Part shown: positions 43,289 through 53,589 of the stretch, piece after piece | Numbering within the stretch: the first letter of the stretch is position 1 | Layout of the letters: every line of letters begins with the position of its first letter | NCBI GenBank assembly: GCA_040768745.1 | Contig: JAXGMI010000001.1 | Location: forward strand, 1,838,032 to 1,902,031 | Origin: Desulfomicrobium sp. | GTDB lineage: Bacteria > Desulfobacterota > Desulfovibrionia > Desulfovibrionales > Desulfomicrobiaceae | Length of the DNA: 64,000 nucleotides | Direction: 5' to 3' | Program-made: the position numbers and the translations under genes | The notes under the pieces: model-generated | Databases searched by the model: none | The model's input: the letters and a program-made list of their open reading frames with translations, nothing else | Told to the model about the DNA's origin: nothing

Positions 43289-44206
43289 TCAGAGGCTGTA
43301 GCGGTCGCGGAGACGATGTTCCAGCCTGGCAGCGGCCAGGGAGCAGGTGAAGGTCAGGGCGAAATAGAGCAGCGCCACGCAGGTCCAGACTTCAAAGGTC
43401 AGATAGGTCGTGGCCATGAGCTGGGATCCCTGAAATGTCAGCTCTTGGATGGAGATGACGGAAACGATGGCGGAATCCTTGATGGTGGAGATGACCTGCC
43501 CGGCCAGGGGAGGCAGCATGGTCCGGACGGCCTGGGGCATGATGATGTGCACAAGCATCGGACCGCGCGGAAATCCCAGGGCCTTGCCGGCCTCCCATTG
43601 TCCGGCGTCCACGGACCGGATGCCGCCACGCACGATTTCAGCCATATAGGCCCCTTCGTACAGCCCCAGGGTGATGGTGGCAGTGAGGAACGCATCGATC
43701 TGGTCCACATGTCCAAGCAGGAATGTCGCCCCCTGCTTGATCCATGGGGGGGATGAGCGCACCGCATCCTGCAGGCCCAGGGACGGGGTGATCTGCTCTG
43801 CCAGAAAGAAATAACAGAGAAAGACGAGGACCAGGGGAGGGAGGTTCCGGCACAACTCGACGTACGTGCCGCTCACGAGGCGAAGGTAGAGGCTTGGACT
43901 GCTCCGGGCCAGTCCGGCGCAGCATCCCAGGAAAAGGGCCAGAAGGGAGGACCAGCAGGTCAGACGGATGGTGGTCAGGAGACCTTGGAGCAGGAGGCCA
44001 GGGTGCCCGTCGGGGCGAAGGATGTACTGCCAGAGGGTACCCCACTCCCAGGCATAGGCACCCAGTCCGCTCGCCCGCCAGACAACGACCCCGACGCTGG
44101 CCGTGAGCAGGGCAAGGAGGATGATGTCCAGCCTGGCCAGCCTGGGGCCAAGGCGATGTGGAGCCCGGAAGACGCCATTGGGTTCCGGGCATCCTGGGCG
44201 GATCAC
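43289..44206 (-). CDS. Polar amino acid ABC permease
   Basis: RNLPPLV, AEIVRGGI..GQWEA, IKDSAI; start set at GTG overlapping the SBP stop. Confidence 0.88.
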   Translation of the reverse strand: MIRPGCPEPNGVFRAPHRLGPRLARLDIILLALLTASVGVVVWRASGLGAYAWEWGTLWQYILRPDGHPGLLLQGLLTTIRLTCWSSLLALFLGCCAGLARSSPSLYLRLVSGTYVELCRNLPPLVLVFLCYFFLAEQITPSLGLQDAVRSSPPWIKQGATFLLGHVDQIDAFLTATITLGLYEGAYMAEIVRGGIRSVDAGQWEAGKALGFPRGPMLVHIIMPQAVRTMLPPLAGQVISTIKDSAIVSVISIQELTFQGSQLMATTYLTFEVWTCVALLYFALTFTCSLAAARLEHRLRDRYSL

Positions 44207-45009
44207 TTGATTTTCGATTCCCAATCCACAGTCGTGAACCAGTAGGCGTATCGTTCAGCCAGCCAGCCATCGGATTCGACCACCAGCACCCAGTTGTTCA
44301 CATAGTTCAGAAAATCCACGTCTCCCTTGCGGATGGCAAATCCAATGGGCTCCTTGGTGAAGGTCTTCCCGCCCAGGGGCAGATAAAGGGCCTTCGGGTT
44401 CCGGGCGGCCTGGTGCTCCGGAAAGGGTGCCGAGGCGACCATGGCATGGGCTCGGCCGTTGAGCACTTCCTGCAAGGCCTGGGCCTCGTCGTCGAACATG
44501 CGCAAGGTGGCCAGGGGCATGTGCTTCTTGGCTGCTGCCACGGAAGTTGCACCGGTTTTGACGGCCAGGGTCACATCGGCTTTGTTGAAGTCGGCCAGGC
44601 TGGAGAGTCCCGGTGCGGCGGTCGCGCTGGCCACCATGGACATGCCGGAAAATTCATAGGGGGCGCTGAAGTTCACCTTCAGGTTGCGGCTGGGCAGAAT
44701 ACCCATGCCGCCGATGATGATGTCGAATTTGCCCGTCAACAGGGCCGGAATGATGCCCGACCATTTGGTGGGCACGAATTCGACCTTGACACCCATGTCT
44801 TCAGCCAGCCGCCTGGCCACGTCAACTTCAAATCCGATATATTCCCCGTTCTTGTCCTTCATGGCCCAGGGCACGAAGGTGTCGAACCCGACGCGAAGGA
44901 CACCGCGCTCCAGAACGTGGTCCAGGACGCTCTTGTCGGCAGCATGGCCATGGACGGACAGTCCGCTTGTCAAAAGGATACAGCAAAGCAGGGCAAATAC
45001 TCGGAACAT
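44203..45009 (-). CDS. Polar amino acid ABC substrate-binding protein
   Basis: Signal peptide; GFEVDVA, WSGIIPALLTGKFD. Confidence 0.9.
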   Translation of the reverse strand: MFRVFALLCCILLTSGLSVHGHAADKSVLDHVLERGVLRVGFDTFVPWAMKDKNGEYIGFEVDVARRLAEDMGVKVEFVPTKWSGIIPALLTGKFDIIIGGMGILPSRNLKVNFSAPYEFSGMSMVASATAAPGLSSLADFNKADVTLAVKTGATSVAAAKKHMPLATLRMFDDEAQALQEVLNGRAHAMVASAPFPEHQAARNPKALYLPLGGKTFTKEPIGFAIRKGDVDFLNYVNNWVLVVESDGWLAERYAYWFTTVDWESKIK

Positions 45010-45025
45010 GAAACCTCCAAAAAGT

Positions 45026-45808
45026 TTAGACCCGCTCCATCGTCCTGGCCAGGGACGAGAGCAGAAGCGTGAAGACGAGATATATGGCCGCCACGGTGAA
45101 CCAGACTTCAAAACTGAGGAACGTCTCGGCCACGATGGCCTGTCCATGCATGGTCAGATCAAAAATGGCAATGGTGGAGACCAGGGCCGAATCCTTGATG
45201 AGGGACACGCCCTGGCTGGTCAAGGGCGGAAGAACATGGCGCAGGGCCTGGGGCAGAATGACATGCAGGTAGACATCCACGGTGCGCATGCCCAGGCTGA
45301 GGGCCCCTTCCCATTGGCCTTTGGGAATGGCCAGGATACCGGCCCGGATCACTTCCGACGCATAGGCCCCCTCGAACAGGGCGAGGGCAAGTACTGCGGC
45401 CGCCAGGCGGTTCAGATCGAAAAGAGGGCCGAGGACAAAATAGATAAAGAAAATCTGAACCAGCAGGGGTGTATTGCGGATCACTTCCAGATAAGTCCGG
45501 GCCAGCGCACGCCCGACAGTGGATCGAGACAGCCGCAGCAGGGCCGTGGCAAGTGCCAGGATGGACGCCCCCACAAAACCCATGGCGGAAATCAGCAGCG
45601 TCATGCCTGCACCCTGCAGCAGGGGCCCGGGTCCCCCGTCAGGGGCAAGAAGGTAGCGGGGGATGCGGAACCATTGCCAATTATACCCCATGTTTTCAGC
45701 GCCACGCAACACGGCCCACGCCAGTACGGCCATGGTCATGGCGTAGGCCAGCACGGAACAACAAGTGCCACAGGGACCGCGGGGTCGAAAAAGACGTAGA
45801 AGCGACAT
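45026..45808 (-). CDS. Polar amino acid ABC permease
   Basis: RNTPLLVQ, SEVIRAGI..GQWE, KDSAL. Confidence 0.88.
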   Translation of the reverse strand: MSLLRLFRPRGPCGTCCSVLAYAMTMAVLAWAVLRGAENMGYNWQWFRIPRYLLAPDGGPGPLLQGAGMTLLISAMGFVGASILALATALLRLSRSTVGRALARTYLEVIRNTPLLVQIFFIYFVLGPLFDLNRLAAAVLALALFEGAYASEVIRAGILAIPKGQWEGALSLGMRTVDVYLHVILPQALRHVLPPLTSQGVSLIKDSALVSTIAIFDLTMHGQAIVAETFLSFEVWFTVAAIYLVFTLLLSSLARTMERV

Positions 45809-45847
45809 GGAAGGAGGGCGGCCCCTTTGGACAGGGCCGCGGTGTTC

Positions 45848-46291
45848 TTATTCCTGGGGGCGGATGGTCATGACCGGCACTGTGGCGGTTTTGACGACTT
45901 TTTCGGCCACGGACCCGAAAAGCAGGCGGTTCAGTCCCTGACGGCCGTGGGTGGCCATGATGATCATGTCCGCCTTTTCGGTCTGGGACAGATTGACGAT
46001 GGAATCCGCAGCGTCGCCGCTGACGACCTTTCCTGTCGCCTTGACGTCAGGGAAGTGCTTGGCCACGAAGTCGGCCATGGTCTTTTCCGCCCCGCTGACG
46101 ATGTCGCCCACCAGTTGCGGAAGCGATGCGGCGGGGAGGTCAAAAATCTCATACTGGATCATGGATGGAGCCACATAGACGACGAGGACCTCTGCATCGA
46201 ATTTGAGGGCGAACTCCCGTGCCGCCTCGGCGATGGCTGTGCTGTTTTCAGAAAAGTCCACTGGGCACAGAATCTTGGTGAACATTGACAT
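45848..46291 (-). CDS. Universal stress protein
   Basis: KILCPVDFS, ATHGR..LFGSVAEKVV. Confidence 0.92.
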   Translation of the reverse strand: MSMFTKILCPVDFSENSTAIAEAAREFALKFDAEVLVVYVAPSMIQYEIFDLPAASLPQLVGDIVSGAEKTMADFVAKHFPDVKATGKVVSGDAADSIVNLSQTEKADMIIMATHGRQGLNRLLFGSVAEKVVKTATVPVMTIRPQE

Positions 46292-46476
46292 AGGTTTCCT
46301 CCTGGCAGGCTTTGGATCTCTGGTGGAATGAAAGCAAAAAAATCATAGCACACCTGCGAATCATGGCAAGTTCGTCATTCCAATGGACAACCAGGGGCCT
46401 CCGGGGTCGGACACGGTCAGGTTTTCGTCAGCGTGATCCGCAGCGATGGCCGCGCGGGGCAACGGCTTACTCAGGA

Positions 46477-46956
46477 TTACGCAGCGTTGAATTCGCCGCT
46501 TTTTCCACCGCTTTTGTGGGTCAGCCGGCAATCAGTGATGCGGATGTCGCGCTGGACAGCCTTGCACATATCGTAAACCGTCATGGCCGCCACCTGGGCG
46601 GCGACCAGGGCCTCCATTTCCACTCCCGTCGGCCCGGTGGTCCGGGCCTCGGCCTCGACGTCGATGCTGAAGTCCGTTGGGACCGGGGTGAGACGCACGT
46701 CCACCTTGGACAGGAAAATGGGGTGGCACATGGGGATCAGTTCCGAGGTCCGTTTGGCGGCCAGGATGCCGGCGATCTTGGCCGTGGTCAGCACGTCGCC
46801 CTTGGGCAAGGCGTTTTTCGTCAGCAGGCCGAAGGTGTGGGCGTTCAGGAGCACACGAGCCTTGACCACGGCCCTGCGCTTGGTGTCGGTTTTGTCCCCG
46901 ACGTCGACCATGACCACGTTTCCGGATTCGTCGATATGGGTCAGTTTTTCATCCAT
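46477..46956 (-). CDS. moaC: Cyclic pyranopterin monophosphate synthase
   Basis: LTH..MVDV, LIPMCHP, GVEMEAL, YDMCKA, KSGGKSG. Confidence 0.95.
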   Translation of the reverse strand: MDEKLTHIDESGNVVMVDVGDKTDTKRRAVVKARVLLNAHTFGLLTKNALPKGDVLTTAKIAGILAAKRTSELIPMCHPIFLSKVDVRLTPVPTDFSIDVEAEARTTGPTGVEMEALVAAQVAAMTVYDMCKAVQRDIRITDCRLTHKSGGKSGEFNAA

Positions 46957-47022
46957 CGTCCGCTCCACAAAGCAGAAGGGCCGGAAGACAAGCTTTCCGG
47001 CCCTGCAGCGCAAATGTTTGGC

Positions 47023-48132
47023 CTAATCGCCCATGGCCTTCTTGAAAAAATCCTTGACCTTGTTCAAGGGGCGCTTGTCCTCCAGCTTTTCAAACTCCCG
47101 CAGCAGCTCTTCCTGCTTCTTGGTCACGCTGGTGGGAATGCGCACCGATACCTCGACCAGGAGATCGCCCTTCTGGCTGCTGCCCAGGTGCGGGAGCCCC
47201 ATGCCCTTGATGCGCAGAATTTTGCCGGACTGGGTCCCCTTGGGGATTTCCAGCGTTACGGGGTCATCCAGGGTGGGCACGTCGATCTTGGATCCGAGGA
47301 TGGCCTGCACTATGGAGATGTCCGCCACAATGACGAGATCCTGCCCACGCCGGGTGAAGATCTTGTCTTCCTCCACGTAGATGACGACGTACAGGTCTCC
47401 GTAGGGGCCGCCGAACTCACCTGGCTCGCCCTCGCCGCGGAGCCGCAGACGACTGCCGTTGTCCACTCCTGCAGGGATGCGCACCTTGAGGTTTTTGTTG
47501 GCCTGCACGATGCCCTGGCCGCGGCACCTGGCGCAAGGGTGGGTGATGACCTTGCCTTCCCCGCGACAGACCGGACAGGGGACGGAAATGCGGAAAAAGC
47601 CCTGGCTCTGGGTGACCTGACCCTGACCGCGGCAGTGCTGGCAGGATTCTGGGCTGTGCCCCGGGGCCGAGCCTGACCCGGAACACTCGGAACAGACTTC
47701 CTTTTTGGGGATGTTCAGCTCCACTTCCGTGCCTTTGGCCGCATCCCGGAAAGACACTGTCAGGTTGTAGCGGAGATCGGCCCCGGCCCGAGGCCTGCGC
47801 CGCGATCCCGCAGCCGCTCCAAATCCGAAAAAATCGCCGAAAATATCGCCAAAAGCGCTGAACACGTCGTCCGCGGAATGGAAGTGGTCCCCGAATCCTT
47901 GACCGTTGACCCCGGAGTGGCCAAAACGGTTGTACTGGGCGCGTTTGCTCTCGTCGCCCAGGACCTCGTAGGCTTCGGCCGCTTCCTTGAACCTGTCCTC
48001 GGCCTCGGGGTTGTCGGGATTGCGGTCCGGATGGTACTGGAAGGCCAGTTTCCGGTAGGCGCTCTTGATTTCGTCGGCCGAAGCCTCCCGGCCAACGCCA
48101 AGCACCTCATAATAGTCACGTTTGTTCGCCAT
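47023..48132 (-). CDS. dnaJ: Chaperone DnaJ
   Basis: J-domain HPD, G/F region, four CxxCxGxG. Confidence 0.97.
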   Translation of the reverse strand: MANKRDYYEVLGVGREASADEIKSAYRKLAFQYHPDRNPDNPEAEDRFKEAAEAYEVLGDESKRAQYNRFGHSGVNGQGFGDHFHSADDVFSAFGDIFGDFFGFGAAAGSRRRPRAGADLRYNLTVSFRDAAKGTEVELNIPKKEVCSECSGSGSAPGHSPESCQHCRGQGQVTQSQGFFRISVPCPVCRGEGKVITHPCARCRGQGIVQANKNLKVRIPAGVDNGSRLRLRGEGEPGEFGGPYGDLYVVIYVEEDKIFTRRGQDLVIVADISIVQAILGSKIDVPTLDDPVTLEIPKGTQSGKILRIKGMGLPHLGSSQKGDLLVEVSVRIPTSVTKKQEELLREFEKLEDKRPLNKVKDFFKKAMGD

Positions 48133-48362
48133 TATTCGTCCTGGTCATCCGCTTCGAAGCTGAAGTCCTCGATGTGCTCCACGTCAGGCAACACTTTTCC
48201 CTCGGCGATTTCACGCAGGGCGGTCACGACTTCCTTGTTCTTGCTGCTTACCAGGGGATCGTACCCCTCGTGGAACTGCTTGACCCGCTTGATGGCCATC
48301 TGCACGATCAAAAATCTGTTGTTGACCTTTTCCAAGCAATCTTCGACAGTTATTCTGGCCAT
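48132..48362 (-). CDS. rpoZ: RNA polymerase omega subunit
   Basis: [20 protein letters not shown]. Confidence 0.95.
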   Translation of the reverse strand: MARITVEDCLEKVNNRFLIVQMAIKRVKQFHEGYDPLVSSKNKEVVTALREIAEGKVLPDVEHIEDFSFEADDQDE

Positions 48363-48592
48363 TTCCCCTCCAGGTATATATCGACATGCATTGAAGACAA
48401 AAGAAATGCCCGGCCCTTGTCGAGTCAGGCATAACTTTTCTTGCTACGCACAACCCCGCGTGGCTGTCAATGCACAATTCGTGCCCGCCAACAGAACACT
48501 TTACAGGCCAGCTTTGGCTTTGTAGCGGCATGTGAACTCAATTTCTAATACCCGTTTCGCATCTGTCAAATCCGAAAGGTCAGGAGAAGATC

Positions 48593-49342
48593 ATGGCCCA
48601 GTGGGGAAAGCTCAAGTATGCCCAGCAGTCCTGCCTCGGTCTGGCCGGAAAGATCATGCAGCAGGCAGGCATGGCCTGGCCCGGGGCGCGCATAGGTTTG
48701 GCCGTGTCCGGAGGGATCGACAGCATGGTCATGCTGCAGGTCATGACCATGCGCCAGCGCATCGTCCCCTTTCCCATCGAGCTTTTTGTCATCCATCTCA
48801 ACCCCGGGTTCGATGGTTCGACCCACGCCCCCCTGGCGGAGTGGATGAGAGTCCATGGCGTGGCCGGACATCTGGAAACGACGGACTTCGGCCCCCGGGC
48901 CCATTCCCCGGAGAATCGCAAGAAGTCGCCCTGTTTCTTTTGCGCCTGGCACCGCCGCAAGCGTCTTTTCGACCTTTGCCGGCACTACAACCTGACCCAT
49001 CTGGCCCTGGGGCACAATACGGACGACCTCGTGTCCACGTTTTTCATGAACATGCTCAACACAGGGAAGATCTATGGGTTGGCGCCCAAGGAAGGGTATT
49101 TCGGGGGGAGGCTGACCATGATCAGGCCCATGCTTCTGCTCGACAAGAGTACCATCACCCAGGCGTGCCGCCAATGGGACCTGCCCGTGTGGGAGAACAG
49201 GTGTCCGTCCAAGGACAGGACCTCCCGCTCGGATACCCTTGAGAGTGCCCTGAGCCTGTGCGGGAAGGACAAACGCATCCGCACCAACATGTTCAACGCC
49301 CTGCGGCGTTGGCAAATGGAATCCTGGCCCGGCATGACCTGA
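48593..49342 (+). CDS. ttcA: TtcA-family PP-loop tRNA thiolase
   Basis: SGGIDS PP-loop, CFFC, GHNTDD, IRPM; second CxxC degenerate. Confidence 0.75.
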   Translation: MAQWGKLKYAQQSCLGLAGKIMQQAGMAWPGARIGLAVSGGIDSMVMLQVMTMRQRIVPFPIELFVIHLNPGFDGSTHAPLAEWMRVHGVAGHLETTDFGPRAHSPENRKKSPCFFCAWHRRKRLFDLCRHYNLTHLALGHNTDDLVSTFFMNMLNTGKIYGLAPKEGYFGGRLTMIRPMLLLDKSTITQACRQWDLPVWENRCPSKDRTSRSDTLESALSLCGKDKRIRTNMFNALRRWQMESWPGMT

Positions 49343-49482
49343 TTTCATTTCAGCGTCGGAAATTTCGCGTCTGCAGCCGGGCGGAGATGCCTCCCAGGGC
49401 CGGACAGGACCATGTGCGCGGGAGGGGTTCGCGAGTTTCGGCTCAGGCCGGCGTGGCGGGGCGCCAGGTCCGCTAAGCGGGT

Positions 49483-50655
49483 TCAGAAAACCTTGGCCGC
49501 AATCATGCTGCTGGAGATGAACACGCCGATGGTCGCTCCCAGGTTGGCGAAGACGACCACCAGCAGGATGCGGCTGACCGGGTTCGTCCAGAAGCCCTTC
49601 ACGGTCAGGACGCTGGTCGGGAGTTCTTCCAGGTCCGATACCGTGGGCTTCTTGACCCAGGCCTGCACCAGCCCTGCCACCCAACCCGCCGCGAGAATGG
49701 GGTGGAGCGTGGTGATGGGGGCGGCCAGGAAGCTGGACAGGATGGTCAGGGGATGTCCGAGGGCCGCGGCCGATCCCAGGGCCGCCAGCAGACCGGTGAC
49801 CACCACCCAGATAGAGGCGGCTTGCATGGACGTCTCAACGCCGCCACGGAAAAAGCCGATTCCGAGCAGCGCGACGAAAAAACCGGGCAGGCCCCATTTC
49901 CAGAACGCACCCCACTTGGATGGCGGGGGCAGCTCTTCCAGGGGAGAGAGGTCAATTTCCTGCCCGAAGTATTTCTGCATTCCCGGGACGTGTCCGGCTC
50001 CGACCACGGCGACGATGTTCGTGCCGGGGGCCATGCGGATTTTCTGGGCCAGGTAGATGTCCCGCTCGTCGATGAGCCGCTCCTTGATCTGCGGGAAATT
50101 TTCCGCGAAAGTGCCCATGATGGAGGCCAGCTGGTCCTGCTTTTTCATGTCCTCGATCATGGACTTGTCCACGTCCTCGTCGGTGAAGATGCTGGTCAGG
50201 AGTTGGGTCAACAGTTGGAATTTTTTCCAGAAGCCGAGGAATCCCCAGACCCGCTTCAAGGTGACCTGCACGTCCCGGTCCGCAAGGACCAGGGTGGCGC
50301 CGGTTTCGTCGGCCAGACGGACTCCTTCGAGCATTTCCGCGCCCGGCTGGACCCCCAGCCTGTCCCCGATCTTGCGGTAAAACGCCTGCAGCACGAGCTG
50401 AACCAGCAGGAAAACCGCCTTGCCCTCCTTGATGACCTTGTAGATGTCCATCTTGCGCCAGTCATCCCGGCGGGTCATGCTCTGGTGTCTGGCCGGGCAG
50501 AGTTCCACGCAGATGGAGTCTGGCTTGACCAGTTCCACGGTCCGCCGCACATCCTCGACGCTTTCCAGGGAGACATGGGCCGTGCCGACCAGGAAGAAGC
50601 GTTTGTCTCCTTCCTCGACCACGGTGACACTAGCAGGAAGATTTTCAAAACTCAC
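49483..50655 (-). CDS. TraB/GumN (pheromone-shutdown-like) membrane protein
   Basis: GTAHVS, VELC, PGAEM, DRD, LIDERD, VVGAGH; C-terminal TM region. Confidence 0.88.
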   Translation of the reverse strand: MSFENLPASVTVVEEGDKRFFLVGTAHVSLESVEDVRRTVELVKPDSICVELCPARHQSMTRRDDWRKMDIYKVIKEGKAVFLLVQLVLQAFYRKIGDRLGVQPGAEMLEGVRLADETGATLVLADRDVQVTLKRVWGFLGFWKKFQLLTQLLTSIFTDEDVDKSMIEDMKKQDQLASIMGTFAENFPQIKERLIDERDIYLAQKIRMAPGTNIVAVVGAGHVPGMQKYFGQEIDLSPLEELPPPSKWGAFWKWGLPGFFVALLGIGFFRGGVETSMQAASIWVVVTGLLAALGSAAALGHPLTILSSFLAAPITTLHPILAAGWVAGLVQAWVKKPTVSDLEELPTSVLTVKGFWTNPVSRILLVVVFANLGATIGVFISSSMIAAKVF

Positions 50656-50806
50656 GATCGGACCTCGTTTTCATGCATGAAGGCCAGATTCCGTTATCCG
50701 TAGCCCCGGGGGAAAGCAAGCCCACGTACAATCATGCCGCGGAGGAGATTTTTCCTTGTCAAAGAGCACATGTTGACGCATTCCGGCCACCACAAGCGGA
50801 GCAGAC

Positions 50807-52192
50807 ATGAGAGATATTGAATTCGACAAGCGCCTGGACAGCGCCCCGTACGCCACCATCTGGGACTTGGCCTGGCCCCAGGTGGTGATGATGTTTTTCC
50901 ATTTTCTCATTGGCTTCGCCGATGTCTGGGTGGCGGGACGCATCAGCCGGGAGGTGCAGGCCTGCATGGGGGTCATGAGTCAGGCCATGTTTTTTTTCAT
51001 GGTTGTGGCCGTGGCCCTGGCCAACGGCAGCGTGGCCGCCATCAGCCAGAGTTCCGGGGCCGGATTGCCGCGCCGCATCAAGCGGTTCGTGGGCTTGAGC
51101 CTCGGGCTCGGTCTTGTTTCGGGAGTCCTCATCTTCGGCCTGGGACTGGCGATGGACAGGCATTTTCTGCAGCTTTTGAACATGCCTGACGAAGTTATGC
51201 CCATCGCGGAATACCTGCTGCAGGTCAGCCTCTACATTCTCCCGGCCTATTACATCTTCACCATCAGCAATTCCTTTTTCCGGGCCCAGAAGATCGTGAC
51301 CATCCCCCTCTATTCCATGATCCTGGTCACGGCCGTGAACACCGTGGCCGATCTGGGTCTGGGGCTGGGTTTGTGGGGCCTGCCCAACCTGGGGTACAAA
51401 GGGATTGCCTGGGCCACGTTCGGCTCGGTTTTCTGCGGCACGGTGTACAATGTCGTCATGCTGTTCCGTTGTGGCCTGGTCTCGATGCAGAGCGTGGCCC
51501 CATGGCGCTGGATCCGCCTGGCCCTTCCCTATCTGGTGCGCGTGTCCTGGCCCGCGGGCCTGATGCAGCTGGTCTGGCATTCCGCCTACATGGTCCTCTA
51601 CTCCATCACGGCCAGCCTGCCCCATGACAGCATCACCGCCATGGCCGGGATGAGTGCCGGGCTCCGCATTGAAGCGTTGCTTTTTCTGCCCGGGATAGCC
51701 TTCAATTTCACCGCCTCCATCCTGGTGGGGCACTATCTCGGTCAGGGTCAGAAAATCCAGGCCAAGCGCATGGGCTATCGGATCATGGCTGTGGGCGTGG
51801 TCATCATCAGCGTCATAACGGGCCTGCTGTGGCTGGTCATCGAGCCGGCCATTGCCTATGTTGCGCCGGATGCGGACGTGCAGGCCGAGGCGCTGCGCTA
51901 CCTGGCCTGGAACATGGCGGCCACCCCGCCCCTGCTGGCGGCCATGATCCTGGGAGGGGCTTTTGTCGGGGCCGGTGCAACCATGTACCAGACTGTCATC
52001 TTCGGGTCTGCGGCCTGGCTGGTCCGCCTTCCCCTGGCCTATGTGCTCGGCCATGTGATTCTGGAAAGCGCCCAGGGAGTATGGATCGCCATGTTCGTCT
52101 CAGTCCTGGTCCAGTGTTCGACCATGGCCTATTTCTACCACTGCAAGGACTGGTACAGATTTACCTTGCGCAAGAGCCGGAGTGCCGCATGA
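50807..52192 (+). CDS. MATE family efflux transporter
   Basis: LAWP start, multi-TM hydrophobic pattern, RLPLAY. Confidence 0.88.
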   Translation: MRDIEFDKRLDSAPYATIWDLAWPQVVMMFFHFLIGFADVWVAGRISREVQACMGVMSQAMFFFMVVAVALANGSVAAISQSSGAGLPRRIKRFVGLSLGLGLVSGVLIFGLGLAMDRHFLQLLNMPDEVMPIAEYLLQVSLYILPAYYIFTISNSFFRAQKIVTIPLYSMILVTAVNTVADLGLGLGLWGLPNLGYKGIAWATFGSVFCGTVYNVVMLFRCGLVSMQSVAPWRWIRLALPYLVRVSWPAGLMQLVWHSAYMVLYSITASLPHDSITAMAGMSAGLRIEALLFLPGIAFNFTASILVGHYLGQGQKIQAKRMGYRIMAVGVVIISVITGLLWLVIEPAIAYVAPDADVQAEALRYLAWNMAATPPLLAAMILGGAFVGAGATMYQTVIFGSAAWLVRLPLAYVLGHVILESAQGVWIAMFVSVLVQCSTMAYFYHCKDWYRFTLRKSRSAA

Positions 52193-52482
52193 CAAGCCTG
52201 CCGGGTCATTATCTCGGGTCAGTGACCAACTTTGCCGCCAACACCCCGTGGGATCTGGAATATTCCATCGTTCTCGACCCATTGGGACACTACCGGTTCT
52301 ATTCCCGCGGCCCGGATGGGGTGATCCGCGTCCGGGATGCCGGGACCTCGGGCCGGGCCTTTGCCCAGTTCGCCCAGCAGAACGGGTTTGACATGGAGGA
52401 ATTGCTGCGGGACCTGGGATACATAGATCAAGGTTTTGCAGCGGATTTTGCGATGTTCCTGGAACGGCACAATGCACGGTGA
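52189..52482 (+). CDS. Hypothetical protein (97 aa)
   Basis: ATGA overlap with the MATE stop; host-like codon usage. Confidence 0.6.
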   Translation: MTSLPGHYLGSVTNFAANTPWDLEYSIVLDPLGHYRFYSRGPDGVIRVRDAGTSGRAFAQFAQQNGFDMEELLRDLGYIDQGFAADFAMFLERHNAR

Positions 52483-52592
52483 TACAGGCTGCGGCCATGG
52501 ATTGATCCGCCGCATGGGCCAACGGAGCCTGTCAGCCGTTGGGAATAAAGAATTGACGGCCCAGGTGTGCCTGGATAAATGAGAACCTCCCT

Positions 52593-52680
52593 GCCCGGGT
52601 GGTGGAACTGGTAGACGCCAGGGATTTAAAATCCCTTGACCTTTATGGTCGTGCGGGTTCAAGTCCCGCCCTGGGCACCA
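52593..52680 (+). tRNA. tRNA-Leu (anticodon TAA)
   Basis: GCCCGGG..TGGTAGAC D-loop, AGGGA-TTTAAAA-TCCCT anticodon arm, long variable arm, GGTTCAAGTCC T-arm, CCA. Confidence 0.95.
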
Positions 52681-52749
52681 ATAAAAACAAGGACTTACCG
52701 AGAAAAACCGATAAGTCCTTTTCTCTTTAGTTCCGCCAAAGCCCTGATT

Positions 52750-52775
52750 TGCCCCACTCCTGCCCCACTTTTTAG
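52750..52775 (+). repeat. Integrase arm-type site (left copy)
   Basis: TGCCCCACTCCTGCCCCACTTTTTAG, identical to 58933-58958. Confidence 0.75.
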
Positions 52776-53589
52776 GCGGCAAGGCACCTTTTTTGCCCCT
52801 ATCGTCCGGACAATCGCGGCGTTTTTTTGCGGCCAGATCCACGCCACCAAACGGCCACCACGGGCATGGATATTTTCACCCGGCCAGGGCAGGAAAGACA
52901 CCTTTTTTCCACCCGGCACCCTTGTCTAAACCTTGTCATTCCGTTTCAGCACTCCACGGCGAAGCGATAGCGGACACCCTTATCTAAACCTTACCACTTT
53001 TCGGCCCACCCTCCCTAAAACCTCCCTATTCCTTGCACCCCTTGGAGAACCTTACTACCCGGCAAGCTCCGGGCGCTGTATCGGCTTCCTGTCGCGCCCC
53101 CGTTGTCTTGCCGAAGCCCGTAACAAGCGGGGCAAAGTTTTTGCCAGTCGTACCGCTGCCGAAAGGACCTTCCGGCAATACTGCACCACGCCGTCATGAC
53201 GCGCCCCCTTCCGGCGCAAGTAGGCAGGTTTTCAGATCCGCCATGAGCGCCCGGCACTGCATGCAGGCTCTCGGGTAGCCCTGCACTCTGACAGGCTGGC
53301 CACGTGTTTGTATTCGGGCAGGAATCCATTCAGCACTGGGTCCAACCAATACTGGCCCGGCAGTAGGTCGAAGGACAGGGGCGTTTCCGCCCCGGCGTCC
53401 TGTTTCGTTGCAACTGCTGTTTTTTTTGGTCGGGTCGGTCGGGTCGGTCGGGTTAGCCCACGGCCCACCTAGTTCTTGGTTGACCCGACTTGCATTTTTC
53501 GTGGTCGGGTCGGGTCGGGTCGGTCGGGTCGGGTTCCACCTGGGCACCGCTGGCCAGCTTCAAAAGGCGGCCAATGTTCAACATGACTG

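Noticed and set aside
43289..45808. ABC transporter without an ATPase gene
   Set aside because: Shared or distant ATPases are common for polar amino acid systems
53428..53533. Repeats as a CRISPR array
   Set aside because: 4-5-bp units without regular unique spacers; no cas genes in the window
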